Assembly (NCBI GenBank): GCA_040954595.2
Contig: CM082583.2
Span: forward strand, 838,542-902,541
DNA: 64,000 bases
Source: Balanoglossus misakiensis
Lineage: Eukaryota > Animalia > Hemichordata
Direction: 5' to 3'
Shown: positions 46,401-61,400 of the stretch, in pieces
How the letters are laid out: each line of letters opens with the position of its first letter
Numbering within the stretch: position 1 is the stretch's first letter
Position numbers and translations under genes: made by a program
Notes under the pieces: generated by a model
The model's input: the letters and a program-made list of their open reading frames with translations, nothing else
What the model was told of the DNA's origin: nothing
Database searches by the model: none

Positions 46401-49400
46401 TTTTTTATGATTTTTTAAAAATTTACCATTTTTGTCAAAATATGGCCAAAATGGCTATTTTTTCTTGAATTCCGTCAATATATCTGCATTTTTGGAGTGG
46501 TCGAAAGTTTTAACATACAATCAACATGTCATATATGATCAGGGCACCAAATTCGAAGAACAAAGTTTTTTTTTATTTTTTTTTCTTCTAAAAATGACAT
46601 TTTCAAGGAAAATTTGGTAAAACGCAATTTTGTCTGCAGTGAGCCAAATTAGACGGTCTTTTGTGGAATTTGTATCGATATATACATACGAAGAGCAATC
46701 TATACTCCATCAGATTTCCGAAAATGTAGAAAACAGGTATTTTTTGTAATTTTCAAAAAATTACCGTTTTGACCAAATTGTGGCTAAAATTGTTATTTTC
46801 GTGTTGAATGCCGCCAGTGTCACTGCTTTTAAAAGTGATAAAAACTTTTAACATACAAGCAATTCTTTATATATGATCAGGTCACCGAATTAAAAGAAAA
46901 AGAATGTTTTGCCTAAAAATGACCTTTTAGGTGCAAAAACGAATAAAACGTAATTTTGTATTAAATCAGCTCATTCAGAGTGCATTTTTTATAATCAGCA
47001 CAATTTTTACATATAATTGAAATTTCATACATCATTAGATATCCAAATATGAAAAAATGATTTAGATTTTAGATGATTGTCCAAAATTAGCTGATATCTA
47101 ATAAATGTAGTATTGAACCGTTCTGTTTGCCCCCCCCCCTACATTATATGCGGTACGCCGATGTCAGCTTACCCGGCAGTACTGCAGGCCGTGCCCACAA
47201 CTAACGTCGGTGTTTGGAACGCCCTGGTTAAATTCGGGCTTTCTCTATAAATTGACAGGCAATAATGCAGTCCTACCCGAACAAATGTCGAGTGTTGACC
47301 CGCTGTGACTTACCCTCTTCGGTTTGCCCGACTTAGCCAACGTCTTTGTACTAGAGTGTCAGGTCTTTTGCAGAGCCAGGCCGAAGGAAATCCGACTTGA
47401 TCACCGTTGCTAACGAACGCTAGTGTCTGTCATGGTGTGCCGGGGTTTTAGTCGAGCCAGGCCGTAGGAGATCTGACTTGATCATCGTGGTCAATGTACG
47501 CGTGTTTCCGCTCTAAAGTGCCGGGGCTTCAGCTAAACCAGACCGTAGGACATCCGACGTAATCACCGTTGATAACTTACGCCAGTCTGTGTCATATAGA
47601 GCCGGTGCACAAGCCGAGTCACGCCGTAGGAAATCTGACTTGATCAACGTGGTCAATGTACGCCTGTTTCTGCTCTAGAGTGCCGGGGCTTCAGCTGAGC
47701 CAGGCCGTAGGAAACCCGACGTGATTACCGTTGTTAACTTACGCCAGTCTGTGTCCTATATATAGTGCCGGGGCATCAGCCGTGCCAGGCCGAAGGAAAT
47801 GTGAGTAGATCAAAGTGGTCTCTGTACGCGTGTTTCTGCTCTAGAGTGCCGGGGCTTTATCCAAGCCATGCCGTAGAAAATCTGACTTGATCACCGTTGC
47901 TAACGTACGCTAGTGTCTGTAATATTGTGACGGAGATTTAGCCAAGCCAGGCCGGAGAAAAATCGACTCGTTCAACGTTACCAGTGTGCAACTGTTTCTG
48001 CTCTAGAGTGTCAGGGTTTTAGCCGACTTATGCTGTAGGAAATCTGAGTTGATGAACGGGAATTCAATGTTAGAAAACCCGTGTGGAAAGTATCTCTACC
48101 CGTTTGAAACTAAGAAAAGAATTTATTCTTATTTATTTTGTAAAAAAGACAATTTTTCGAAAAAAAGTCGAAAATGGTAATTTTGTCTTGGGTGATTCAA
48201 ATTATTCCACCTTTTCTGGAATTTGCAGCACTTTTTACAAGAGAACGACACTTCATGCTCCATAATATTTCCGAAAATGAAGAAAAGAGTTTATTTTTTA
48301 TGATTTTTTAAAAATTTACCATTTTTGTCAAAATATGGCCAAAATGGTTATTTTGTCTTGAATTCCGTCAATATCTCTGCATTTTTGGAGTTGTCGAAAG
48401 TTTTAACATACAATCAACATGTCATATATGATCAGGGCACCAAATTCGAAGAACAAAGGTTTTTTTATTTTTTTTTCTAAAAATGACATTTTCAAGGAAA
48501 ATTTGGTAAAACGCAATTTTGTCTGCAGTGAGCCAAATTGGCCGTTTTTTGTGGAATTTGTATCGATATATATATATACGAAGAGCATTCTATACTCCAT
48601 CAGATTTCCGAAAATGTAGAAAACAGGTATTTTTTGTAATTTTCAAAAATTTTCGATTTTGACCAAATTGTGCTAAAATTGTTATTTTCGTGTTGAATGC
48701 CGCCAGTGTCACTGCTTTTAAAAGTCATAAAAACTTTTAACATACAAGCAATTCTTTATATATGATCAGGTCACCGAATTAAAAAAATAAAGAATGTTTT
48801 GCCTAAAAATGACCTTTTAGGTGCAAAAACGAATAAAACGTAATTTTGTATTAAATCAGCTAATTCAGAGTGCATTTTTTATAATCAGCACCATTTTTAC
48901 ATATAATTGAAATTTCATACATCATTAGATATCCAAATATGAAAAAATGATTTAGATTTTAGATGATTGTCCAAAATTAGCTGATATCTAATAAATGTAG
49001 TATTGAACCGTTCTGTTTGCCCCCCCCCCCCCTACATTATATGCGGTACGCCGATGTCAGCTTACCCGGCAGTACTGCAGGCCGTGCCCCCAACTAACGT
49101 CGGTGTTTGGAACGCCCTGGTTAAATTCGGGCTTTCTCTATAAATTGACAGGCAATAATGCAGTCCTACCCGAACAAATATCGAGTGTTGACCCGCTGTG
49201 ACTTACCCTCTTCGGTTTGCCCGACTTAGCCAACGTCTTTGTACTAGAGTGTCAGTTCTTTTGCAGAGCCAGGCCGAAGGAAATCCGACTTGATCGCCGT
49301 TGCTAACGAACGCTAGTGTCTGTCATGGTGTGCCGGGGTTTTAGTCGAGCCAGGCCGTAGGAGATCTGACTTGATCATCGTGGTCAATGTACGCGTGTTT

Positions 49401-52400
49401 CCGCTCTAAAGTGCCGGGGCTTCAGCTAAACCAGACCGTAGGAAATCCGACGTAATCACCGGTGATAACTTACGCCAGTCTGTGTCATATAGAGCCGGTG
49501 CACAAGCCGAGTCACGCCGTAGGAAATCTGACTTGATCAACGTGGTCAATGTATGCCTGTTTCTGCTCTAGAGTGCCGGGGCTTCAGCTGAGCCAGGCCG
49601 TAGGAAACCAGACGTGATTACCGTTGTTAACTTACGCCAGTCTGTGTCCTATATATAGTGCCGGGGCATCAGCCGTGCCAGGCCGAAGGAAATGTGAGTA
49701 GATCAACGTGGTGTCTGTACGCGTGTTTCTGCTCTAGAGTGTCGGGGCTTTATCCAAGCCATGCCGTAGAAAATCTGACTTAATCACCGTTGCTAAGATA
49801 CGCTAGTGTCTGTAATATTGTGACGGAGATTTAGCCGAGCCAGGCCGTAGAAAAATCGACTCGTTCAACGTTACCAGTGTGCAACTGTTTCTGCTCTAGA
49901 GTGTCAGGGTTTTAGCCGACTTATGCTGTAGGAAATCTGAGTTGATGAACGGGAATTCAATGTTAGAAAACCCGTGTGGAAAGTATCTCTACCCGTTTGA
50001 AACTAAGAAAAGAATTTATTCTTATTTATTTTGTAAAAAAGACAATTTTTCGAAAAAAAGTCGAAAATGGTAATTTTGTCTTGGGTGATTCAAATTATAC
50101 CACCTTTTCTGGAATTTGCAGCACTTTTTACAAGAGAACGACACTTCATGCTCCATAATATTTCCGAAAACGAAGAAAAGAGTTTATTTTTTATGATTTT
50201 TTAAAAATTTACCATTTTTGTCAAAATATGGCCAAAATGGCTATTTTGTCTTGAATTCCGTCAATATCTCTGCATTTTTGGAGTTGTCGAAAGTTTTAAC
50301 ATACAATCAACATGTCATATATGATCAGGGCACCAAATTCGAAGAACAAAGGTTTTTTTTATTTTTTTTCTAAAAATGACATTTTCAAGGAAAATTTGGT
50401 AAAACGCAATTTTGTCTGCAGTGAGCCATATTAGACTGTCCTTTTTTTGGAATTTGTATCGATATATACATACGAAGAGCATTCTATACTCCATCAGATT
50501 TCCGAAAATGTAGAAAACAGGTATTTTTTGTAATTTTCAAAAATTTTCCATTTTGACCAAATTGTGCTAAAATTGTTATTTTCGTGTTGAATGCCGCCAG
50601 TGTCACTGCTTTTAAAAGTCATAAAAACTTTTAACATACAAGCAATTCTTTATATATGATCAGGTCACCGAATTAAAAAAATAAATAATGTTTTGCCTAA
50701 AAATGACCTTTTTGGTGCAAAAACGAATAAAACGCAATTTTGTATTAAATCAGAATGCATTTTTTATAATCAGCACCATTTTTACATGTAATGGAAATTT
50801 CATACATCATCAGATATCCAAATATAAAAAAAAATGATTTAGATTTTAGATGATTGTCCAAAATTAGCTGATATCTAATAAATGTAGTATTGAACCGTTC
50901 TGTCCCCCCCCCCCCCTACATTATATGCGGTACGCCGATGTCAGCTTACCCGGCAGTACTGCAGGCCGTGCCCCCAACTAACGTCGGTGTTTGAAACGCC
51001 CTGGTTAAATTCGAGCTTTCTCTATAAATTGACAGGCAATAATGCAGTCCTACCCGAACAAATGTCAAGTGTTAAACTGCTGTGACTTTCCCTCTTCGGT
51101 TTGCCCGACTTAGCCAACGTCTTTGTACTAGAGTGTCGGGTCTTTTGCAGAGCCGGGCCGAAGGAAATCCGACTTGATCACCGTTGCTAACGAACGCTAG
51201 TGTCTATCATGGTGTGCCGGGGTTTTAGTCGAGCCAGGCCGTAGGAGATCTGACTTGATCATCGTGGTCAATGTACGCGTGTTTCCGCTCTAAAGTACCG
51301 GGGCTTCAGGTAAACCAGGCCGTAGGAAATCCGACGTAATCACCGTTGATAACTTACGCCAGTCTGTGTCATATAGAGCCGGTGCACCAGCCGAGTCACG
51401 CCGTAGGAAATCTGACTTGATCAACGTGGTCAATGTACGCCTGTTTCTGCTCTAGAGTGCCGGGGCTTCAGCTGAGCCAGGCAGTAGGAAACCCGACGTG
51501 ATTACCGTTGTTAACTTACGCCAGTCTGTGTCATATATATAGTGCCGGGGCATCAGCCGTGCCAGGCCGAAGGAAATGTGAGTAGATCAACGTGGTCTCT
51601 GTACGCGTGTTTCTGCTCTAGAGTGCCAGGGCAGGGATTTAGCCAAGCCATGCCGTAGGAAATCTGACTTGATCAACGTGGTCTCTGCACGCGTGTTTCT
51701 GCTCTAGAGTGCCGGGGCTTTATCCAAGCCATGCCGTAGAAAATCTGACTTGATCACCGTTGCTAACGTACGCTAGTGTCTGTCATATTGTGACGGAGAT
51801 TTAGCCGAGCAAGGCCATAGAAAAATCGACTTGTTCAACGTTACCAGTGTGCAACTGTTTCTGCTCTAGAGTGTCAGGGTTTTAGCCGACTTATGCTGTA
51901 GGAAATCTGAGTTGATGAACGGGAATTCAATGTTAGAAAACCCTTGTGGAAAGTATCTCTACCCGTTTGAAACTAAGAAAAGAATTTATTCTTATTTATT
52001 TAGTAAAAAAGACAATTTTTCGAAAAAAAGTCGAAAATGGTAATTTTGTCTTGGGTGATTCAAATTATACCGCCTTTTCTGGAATTTGCTGCACTTCTTA
52101 CAAGAGAACGACACTTCATGCTCCATAATATTTCGGAAAATGAAGAAAAGAGTTATTTTTTATGATTTTTTAAAAATTTACCATTTTTGTCAAAATATGG
52201 CCAAAATGGCTATTTTTTCTTGAATTCCGTCAATATATCTGCATTTTTGGAGTGGTCGAAAGTTTTAACATACAATCAACATGTCATATATGATCAGGGC
52301 ACCAAATTCGAAGAACAAAGGTTTTTTTATTTTTTTTCTTCTAAAAATGACATTTTCAAGGAAAATTTGGTAAAACGCAATTTTGTCTGCAGTGAGCCAA

Positions 52401-55400
52401 ATTAGACGGTCTTTTGTGGAATTTGTATCGATATATACATACGAAGAGCATTCTATACTCCATCAGATTTCCGAAAATGTAGAAAACAGGTATTTTTTTG
52501 TAATTTTCAAAAATTTACCATTTTGACCAAATTGTGGCTAAAATTGTTATTTTCGTGTTGAATGCCGCCAGTGTCACTGCTTTTAAAAGTCATAAAAACT
52601 TTTAACATACAAGCAATTGTTTATATATGATCAGGTCACCGAATTAAAAAAATAAAGAATGTTTTGCATAAAAATGACCTTTTTGGTGCAAAAACGAATA
52701 AAACGCAATTTTGTATTAAATCAGAATGCATTTTTTATAATCAGCACCATTTTTACATGTAATGGAAATTTAATACATCATCAGATATCCAAATATGAAA
52801 AAAATGATTTAGATTTTAGATGATTGTCCAAAATTAGCTGATATCTAATAAATGTAGTATTGAACCGTTCTGTTCCCCCCCCCCCCTACATTATATGCGG
52901 TACGCCGATGTCAGCTTACCCGGCAGTACTGCAGGCCGTGCCCCCAACTAACGTCGGTGTTTGAAACGCCCTGGTTAAATTCGGGCTTTCTCTATAAATT
53001 GACAGGCAATAATGCAGTCCTACCGGAACAAATGTCGAGTGTTGACCCGCTGTGACTTTCCCTCTTCGGTTTGCCCGACTTAGCCAACGTCTTTGTACTA
53101 GAGTGTCGGGTCTTTTGCAGAGCCAGGCCGAAGGAAATCCGACTTGATCACCGTTGCTAACGAACGCTAGTGTCTGTCATGGTGTGCCGGGGTTTTAGTC
53201 GGGCCAGGCCGTAGGAGATCTGACTTGATCATCGTGGTCAATGTACGCGTGTTTCCGCTCTAAAGTGCCGGGGCTTCAGCTAAACCAGGCCGTAGGACAT
53301 CCGCCGTAATCACCGTTGATAACTTACGCCAGTCTGTGTCATATAGAGCCGGTGCACCAGCCGAGTCACGCCGTAGGAAATCTGACTTGATCAACGTGGT
53401 CAATGTACGCCTGTTTCTGCTCTAGAATGCCGGGGTTTCAGCTGAGCTAGGCCGTAGGAAACCGGACGTGATTACCGTTGTTAACTTACGCCAGTCTGTG
53501 TCCTATATATAGTGCCGGGGCGTCAGCCGTGCCAGGCCGAAGGAAATGTGAGTAGATCAACGTGGTCTCTGTACGCGTGTTTCTGCTCTAGAGTGCCAGG
53601 GCTTTAGCCAAGCCATGCCGTAGGAAATCTGACTTGATCAACGTTGCTAACGAACGCTAGTGTCTGTCATAGTGTGCCGGGGTTTTAGTCGAGCCAAGCC
53701 GTAGGAGATCAGACTTGATAAACGTGGTCTCTGTACGCGTGTTTCTGCTCTAGAGTGCCAGGGCAGGGATTTAGCCAAGCCATGCCGTAGGAAATCTGAC
53801 TTGATCAACGTGGTCTCTGCACGCGTGTTTCTGCTCTAGAGTGCCGGGGCTTTATCCAAGCCATGCCGTAGAAAATCTGACTTGATCACCGTTGCTAACG
53901 TACGCTAGTGTCTGTCATATTGTGACGGAGATTTAGCCGAGCAAGGCCATAGAAAAATCGACTTGTTCAACGTTACCAGTGTGCAACTGTTTCTGCTCTA
54001 GAGTGTCAGGGTTTTAGCCGACTTATGCTGTAGGAAATCTGAGTTGATGAACGGGAATTCAATGTTAGAAAACCCTTGTGGAAAGTATCTCTACCCGTTT
54101 GAAACTAAGAAAAGAATTTATTCTTATTTATTTAGTAAAAAAGACAATTTTTCGAAAAAAAGTCGAAAATGGTAATTTTGTCTTGGGTGATTCAAATTAT
54201 ACCGCCTTTTCTGGAATTTGCTGCACTTCTTACAAGAGAACGACACTTCATGCTCCATAATATTTCGGAAAATGAAGAAAAGAGTTATTTTTTATGATTT
54301 TTTAAAAATTTACCATTTTTGTCAAAATATGGCCAAAATGGCTATTTTTTCTTGAATTCCGTCAATATATCTGCATTTTTGGAGTGGTCGAAAGTTTTAA
54401 CATACAATCAACATGTCATATATGATCAGGGCACCAAATTCGAAGAACAAAGGTTTTTTTATTTTTTTTCTTCTAAAAATGACATTTTCAAGGAAAATTT
54501 GGTAAAACGCAATTTTGTCTGCAGTGAGCCAAATTAGACGGTCTTTTGTGGAATTTGTATCGATATATACATACGAAGAGCATTCTATACTCCATCAGAT
54601 TTCCGAAAATGTAGAAAACAGGTATTTTTTTGTAATTTTCAAAAATTTACCATTTTGACCAAATTGTGGCTAAAATTGTTATTTTCGTGTTGAATGCCGC
54701 CAGTGTCACTGCTTTTAAAAGTCATAAAAACTTTTAACATACAAGCAATTGTTTATATATGATCAGGTCACCGAATTAAAAAAATAAAGAATGTTTTGCA
54801 TAAAAATGACCTTTTTGGTGCAAAAACGAATAAAACGCAATTTTGTATTAAATCAGAATGCATTTTTTATAATCAGCACCATTTTTACATGTAATGGAAA
54901 TTTAATACATCATCAGATATCCAAATATGAAAAAAATGATTTAGATTTTAGATGATTGTCCAAAATTAGCTGATATCTAATAAATGTAGTATTGAACCGT
55001 TCTGTTCCCCCCCCCCCTACATTATATGCGGTACGCCGATGTCAGCTTACCCGGCAGTACTGCAGGCCGTGCCCCCAACTAACGTCGGTGTTTGAAACGC
55101 CCTGGTTAAATTCGGGCTTTCTCTATAAATTGACAGGCAATAATGCAGTCCTACCGGAACAAATGTCGAGTGTTGACCCGCTGTGACTTTCCCTCTTCGG
55201 TTTGCCCGACTTAGCCAACGTCTTTGTACTAGAGTGTCGGGTCTTTTGCAGAGCCAGGCCGAAGGAAATCCGACTTGATCACCGTTGCTAACGAACGCTA
55301 GTGTCTGTCATGGTGTGCCGGGGTTTTAGTCGGGCCAGGCCGTAGGAGATCTGACTTGATCATCGTGGTCAATGTACGCGTGTTTCCGCTCTAAAGTGCC

Positions 55401-58400
55401 GGGGCTTCAGCTAAACCAGGCCGTAGGACATCCGCCGTAATCACCGTTGATAACTTACGCCAGTCTGTGTCATATAGAGCCGGTGCACCAGCCGAGTCAC
55501 GCCGTAGGAAATCTGACTTGATCAACGTGGTCAATGTACGCCTGTTTCTGCTCTAGAATGCCGGGGTTTCAGCTGAGCTAGGCCGTAGGAAACCGGACGT
55601 GATTACCGTTGTTAACTTACGCCAGTCTGTGTCCTATATATAGTGCCGGGGCGTCAGCCGTGCCAGGCCGAAGGAAATGTGAGTAGATCAACGTGGTCTC
55701 TGTACGCGTGTTTCTGCTCTAGAGTGCCAGGGCTTTAGCCAAGCCATGCCGTAGGAAATCTGACTTGATCAACGTTGCTAACGAACGCTAGTGTCTGTCA
55801 TAGTGTGCCGGGGTTTTAGTCGAGCCAAGCCGTAGGAGATCAGACTTGATAAACGTGGTCTCTGTACGCGTGTTTCTGCTCTAGAGTGCCGGGGCTTTAT
55901 CCAAGCCATGCCGTAGAAAATCTGACTTGATCACCGTTGCTAACGTACGCTAGTGTCTGTCATATTGTGACGGACATTTAGCGGAGCCAGGCCGTAGAAA
56001 AATCGACTTGTTCAACGTTACCAGTGTGCAACTGTTTCTGCTCTAGAGTGTCAGGGTTTTAGCCGACTTATGCTGTAGGAAATCTGAGTTGATGAACGGG
56101 AATTCAATGTTAGAAAACCCGTGTGGAAAGTATCTCTACCCGTTTGAAACTAAGAAAAGAATTTATTCTTATCTATTTTGTAAAAAAGACAATTTTTCGA
56201 AAACAAGTCGAAAATGGTAATTTTGTCTTGGGTGATTTTAATTATACCGCCTTTTCTGGAATTTGCAGCACTTTTTACAAGAGAACGACACTTCATGCTC
56301 CATAATATTTCCGAAAAAATAAGAAAAGAGTTAATTTTTTATGATTTTTTAAAAATTTACCATTTTTGTCAAAATATGGCCAAAATGGCTATTTTTTCTT
56401 GAATTCCGTCAATATCTCTGCATTTTTGGAGTGGTCGAAAGTCTTAATATACAATCAACATGTCATATATGATCAGGGCAACAAATTCGAAGAACAAAGG
56501 TTTTTTTATTTTTTTTCTTCTAAAAATGACATTTTCAAGGAAAATTTGGTAAAACTCAATTTTGTCTGCAGTGAGCCAAATTAGACGGTCTTTTGTGGAA
56601 TTTGTATCGATATATACATACGAAGAGCATTCTATACTCCATCAGATTTCCGAAAATGTAGAAAACAGGTATTTTTTTGTAATTTTCAAAAATTTACCAT
56701 TTTGACCAAATTGTGGCTAAAATTGTTATTTTCGTGTTGAATGCCGCCAGTGTCACTGCTTTTAAAAGTCATAAAAACTTTTAACATACAAGCAATTGTT
56801 TATATATGATCAGGTCACCGAATTAAAAAAATAAAGAATGTTTTGCCTAAAAATGACCTTTTTGATGCAAAAACGAATAAAACGCAATTTTGTATTAAAT
56901 CAGAATGCATTTTTTATAATCAGCACCATTTTTACATATAATGGAAATTTCATACATCATCAGATATCCAAATATGAAAAAATGATTTAGATTTTAGATG
57001 ATTGTCCAAAATTAGCTGATATCTAATAAATATAGTATTGAACCGTTCTGTCCCCCCCCTACATTATATGCGGTACGCCGATGTCAGCTTACCCGGCAGT
57101 ACTGCAGGCCGTGCCCCCAACTAACGTCGGTGTTTGAAACGCCCTGGTTAAATTCGGGCTTTCTCTATAAATTGACAGGCAATAATGCAGTCCTATCAGA
57201 ACAAATGTCGAGTGTTGACCCGCTGTGACTTTCCCTCTTCGGTTTGCCCGACTTAGCCAACGTCTTTGTACTAGAGTGTCGGGTCTTTTGCAGAGCCAGG
57301 CCGAAGGAAATCCGACTTGATCACCGTTGCTAACGAACGCTAGTGTCTGTCATGGTGTGCCGGGGTTTTAGTCGGGCCAGGCCGTAGGAGATCTGACTTG
57401 ATCATCGTGGTCAATGTACGCGTGTTTCCGCTCTAAAGTGCCGGGGCTTCAGCTAAACCAGGCCGTAGGACATCCGCCGTAATCACCGTTGATAACTTAC
57501 GCCAGTCTGTGTCATATAGAGCCGGTGCACCAGCCGAGTCACGCCGTAGGAAATCTGACTTGATCAACGTGGTCAATGTACGCCTGTTTCTGCTCTAGAA
57601 TGCCGGGGCTTCAGCTGAGCCAGGCCGTAGGAAACCCGACGTGATTACCGTTGTTAACTTACGCCAGTCTGTGTCCTATATATAGTGCCGGGGCATCAGC
57701 CGTGCCAGGCCGAAGGAAATGTGAGTAGATCAACGTGGTCTCTGTACGCGTGTTTCTGCTCTAGAGTGCCAGGGCTTTAGCCAAGCCATGCCGTAGGAAA
57801 TCTGACTTGATCAACGTTGCTAACGAACGCTAGTGTCTGTCATAGTGTGCCGGGGTTTTAGTCGAGCCAAGCCGTAGGAGATCAGACTTGATCAACGTGG
57901 TCTCTGTACGCGTGTTTCTGCTCTAGAGTGCCGGGGCTTTATCCAAGCCATGCCGTAGAAAATCTGACTTGATCACCGTTGCTAACGTACGCTAGTGTCT
58001 GTCATATTGTGACGGAGATTTAGCCGAGCCAGGCCATAGAAAAATCGACTTGTTCAACGTTACCAGTGTGCAACTGTTTCTGCTCTAGAGTGTCAGGGTT
58101 TTAGCCGACTTATGCTGTAGGAAATCTGAGTTGATGAACGGGAATTCAATGTTAGAAAACCCTTGTGGAAAGTATCTCTACCCGTTTGAAACTAAGAAAA
58201 GAATTTATTCTTATTTATTTTGTAAAAAAGACAATTTTTCGAAAAAAAGTCGAAAATGGTAATTTTGTCTTGGGTGATTCAAATTATACCGCCTTTTCTG
58301 GAATTTGCTGAACTTCTTACAAGAGAACGACACTTCATGCTCCATAATATTTCGGAAAATGAAGAAAAGAGTTATTTTTTTATGATTTTTTAAAAATTTA

Positions 58401-61400
58401 CCATTTTAGTCAAAATATGGCCAAAATGGCTATTTTTTCTTGAATTCCGTCAATATATCTGCATTTTTGGAGTGGTCGAAAGTTTTAACAAACAATCAAC
58501 ATGTCATATATGATCAGGGCACCAAATTCGAAGAACAAAGGTTTTTTTATTTTTTTTCTTCTAAAAATGACATTTTCAAGGAAAATTTGGTAAAACGCAT
58601 TTTGTCTGCAGTGAGCCGAATTAGACGGTCTTTTGTGGAATTTGTATCGATATATACATACGAAGAGCATTCTATACTCCATCAGATTTCCGAAAATGTA
58701 GAAAACAGGTATCTTTTTGTAATTTTCAAAAATTTACCATTTTGACCAAATTGTGGCTAAAATTGTTATTTTCGTGTTGAATGCCGCCAGTGTCACTGCT
58801 TATAAAAGTCATAAAAACTTTTAACATACAAGCAATTGTTTATATATGATCAGGTCACCGAATTAAAAAAATAAAGAATGTTTTGCCTAAAAATGACCTT
58901 TTTGGTGTAAAAACGAATAAAACGCAATTTTGTATTAAATCAGAATGCACTTTTTATAATCAGTACCATTTTTACATGTAATGGAAATTTCATACATCAT
59001 CAGATATCCAAATATGAAAAAATGATTTAGATTTTAGATGATTGTCCAAAATTAGCTGATATCTAATAAATGTAGTATTGAACCGTTCTGTCCCCCCCCC
59101 CCCCCCTACATTATATGCGGTACGCCGATGTCAGCTTACCCGGCAGTACTGCAGGCCGTGCCCCCAACTAACGTTGGTGTTTGAAACGCCCTGGTTAAAT
59201 TCGGGCTTTCTCTATGAATTGACAGGCAATAATGCAGTCCTACCCGAACAAATGTCAAGTGTTAAACCGCTGTGACTTTCCCTCTTCGGTTTGCCCGACT
59301 TAGCCAACGTCTTTGTACTAGAGTGTCGGGTCTTTTGCAGAGCCAGGCCGAAGGAAATCCGACTTGATCACCGTTGCTAACGAACGCTAGTGTCTATCAT
59401 GGTGTGCCGGGGTTTTAGTCGAGCCAGGCCGTAGGAGATCTGACTTGATCATCGTGGTCAATGTACGCGTGTTTCCGCTCTAAAGTACCGGGGCTTCAGG
59501 TAAACCAGGCCGTAGGAAATCCGACGTAATCACCGTTGATAACTTACGCCAGTCTGTGTCATATAGAGCCGGTGCACCAGCCGAGTCACGCCGTAGGAAA
59601 TCTGACTTGATCAACGTGGTCAATGTACGCCTGTTTCTGCTCTAGAGTGCCGGGGCTTCAGCTGAGCCAGGCCGTAGGAAACCCGACGTGATTACCGTTG
59701 TTAACTTACGCCAGTCTGTGTCATATATATAGTGCCGGGGCATCAGCCGTGCCAGGCCGAAGGAAATGTGAGTAGATCAACGTGGTCTCTGTACGCGTGT
59801 TTCTGCTCTAGAGTGCCAGGGCTTTAGCCAAGCCATGCCGTAGGAAATCTGACTTGATCAACGTTGCTAACGAACGCTAGCGTCTGTCATAGTGTGCCGG
59901 GGTTTTAGTCGAGCCAAGCCGTAGGAGATCAGACTTGATCAACGTGGTCTCTGTACGCGTGTTTCTGCTCTAGAGTGCCGGGGCTTTATCCAAGCCATGC
60001 CGTAGAAAATCTGACTTGATCACCGTTGCTAACGTACGCTAGTGTCTGTCATATTGTGACGGAGATTTAGCCGAGCCAGGCCATAGAAAAATCGACTTGT
60101 TCAACGTTACCAGTGTGCAACTGTTTCTGCTCTAGAGTGTCAGGGTTTTAGCCGACTTATGCTGTAGGAAATCTGAGTTGATGAACGGGAATTCAATGTT
60201 AGAAAACCCTTGTGGAAAGTATCTCTACCCGTTTGAAACTAAGAAAACAATTTATTCTTATTTATTTTGTAAAAAAGACAATTTTTCGAAAAAAAGTCGA
60301 AAATGGTAATTTTGTCTTGGGTGATTCAAATTATACCGCCTTTTCTGGAATTTGCTGAACTTCTTACAAGAGAACGACACTTCATGCTCCATAATATTTC
60401 GGAAAATGAAGAAAAGAGTTATTTTTTTATGATTTTTTAAAAATTTACCATTTTAGTCAAAATATGGCCAAAATGGCTATTTTTTCTTGAATTCCGTCAA
60501 TATATCTGCATTTTTGGAGTGGTCGAAAGTTTTAACATACAATCAACATGTCATATATGATCAGGGCACCAAATTCGAAGAACAAAGGTTTTTTTATTTT
60601 TTTTTCTTCTAAAAATGACATTTTCAAGGAAAATTTGGTAAAACGCATTTTGTCTGCAGTGAGCCAAATTAGACGGTCTTTTGTGGAATTTGTATCGATA
60701 TATACATACGAAGAGCATTCTATACTCCATCAGATTTCCGAAAATGTAGAAAACAGGTATTTTTTTGTAATTTTCAAAAATTTACCATTTTGACCAAATT
60801 GTGGCTAAAATTGTTATTTTCGTGTTGAATGCCGCCAGTGTCACTGCTTTTAAAAGTCATAAAAACTTTTAACATACAAGCAATTGTTTATATATGATCA
60901 GGTCACCGAATTAAAAAAATAAAGAATGTTTTGCCTAAAAATGACCTTTTTGGTGTAAAAACGAATAAAACGCAATTTTGTATTAAATCAGAATGCATTT
61001 TTTATAATCAGCACCATTTTTACATGTAATGGAAATTTCATACATCATCAGATATCCAAATATGAAAAAATGATTTAGATTTTAGATGATTGTCCAAAAT
61101 TAGCTGATATCTAATAAATGTAGTATTAACCGTTCTGTCCCCCCCCCTACATTATATGCGGTACGCCGATGTCAGCTTTTCCGGCAGTACTGCAGGCCGT
61201 GCCCCCAACTAACGTCGGTGTTTGAAACGCCCTGGTTAAATTCGGGCTTTCTCTATAAATTGACAGGCAATAATGCAGTCCTACCGGAACAAATGTCAAG
61301 TGTAGAACCGCTGTGACTTTCCCTGTTCAGTTTGCCCGACTTAGCCAACGTCTTTGTACTAGAGTGTCGGGTCTTTTGCAGAGCCAGGCCGAAGGAAATC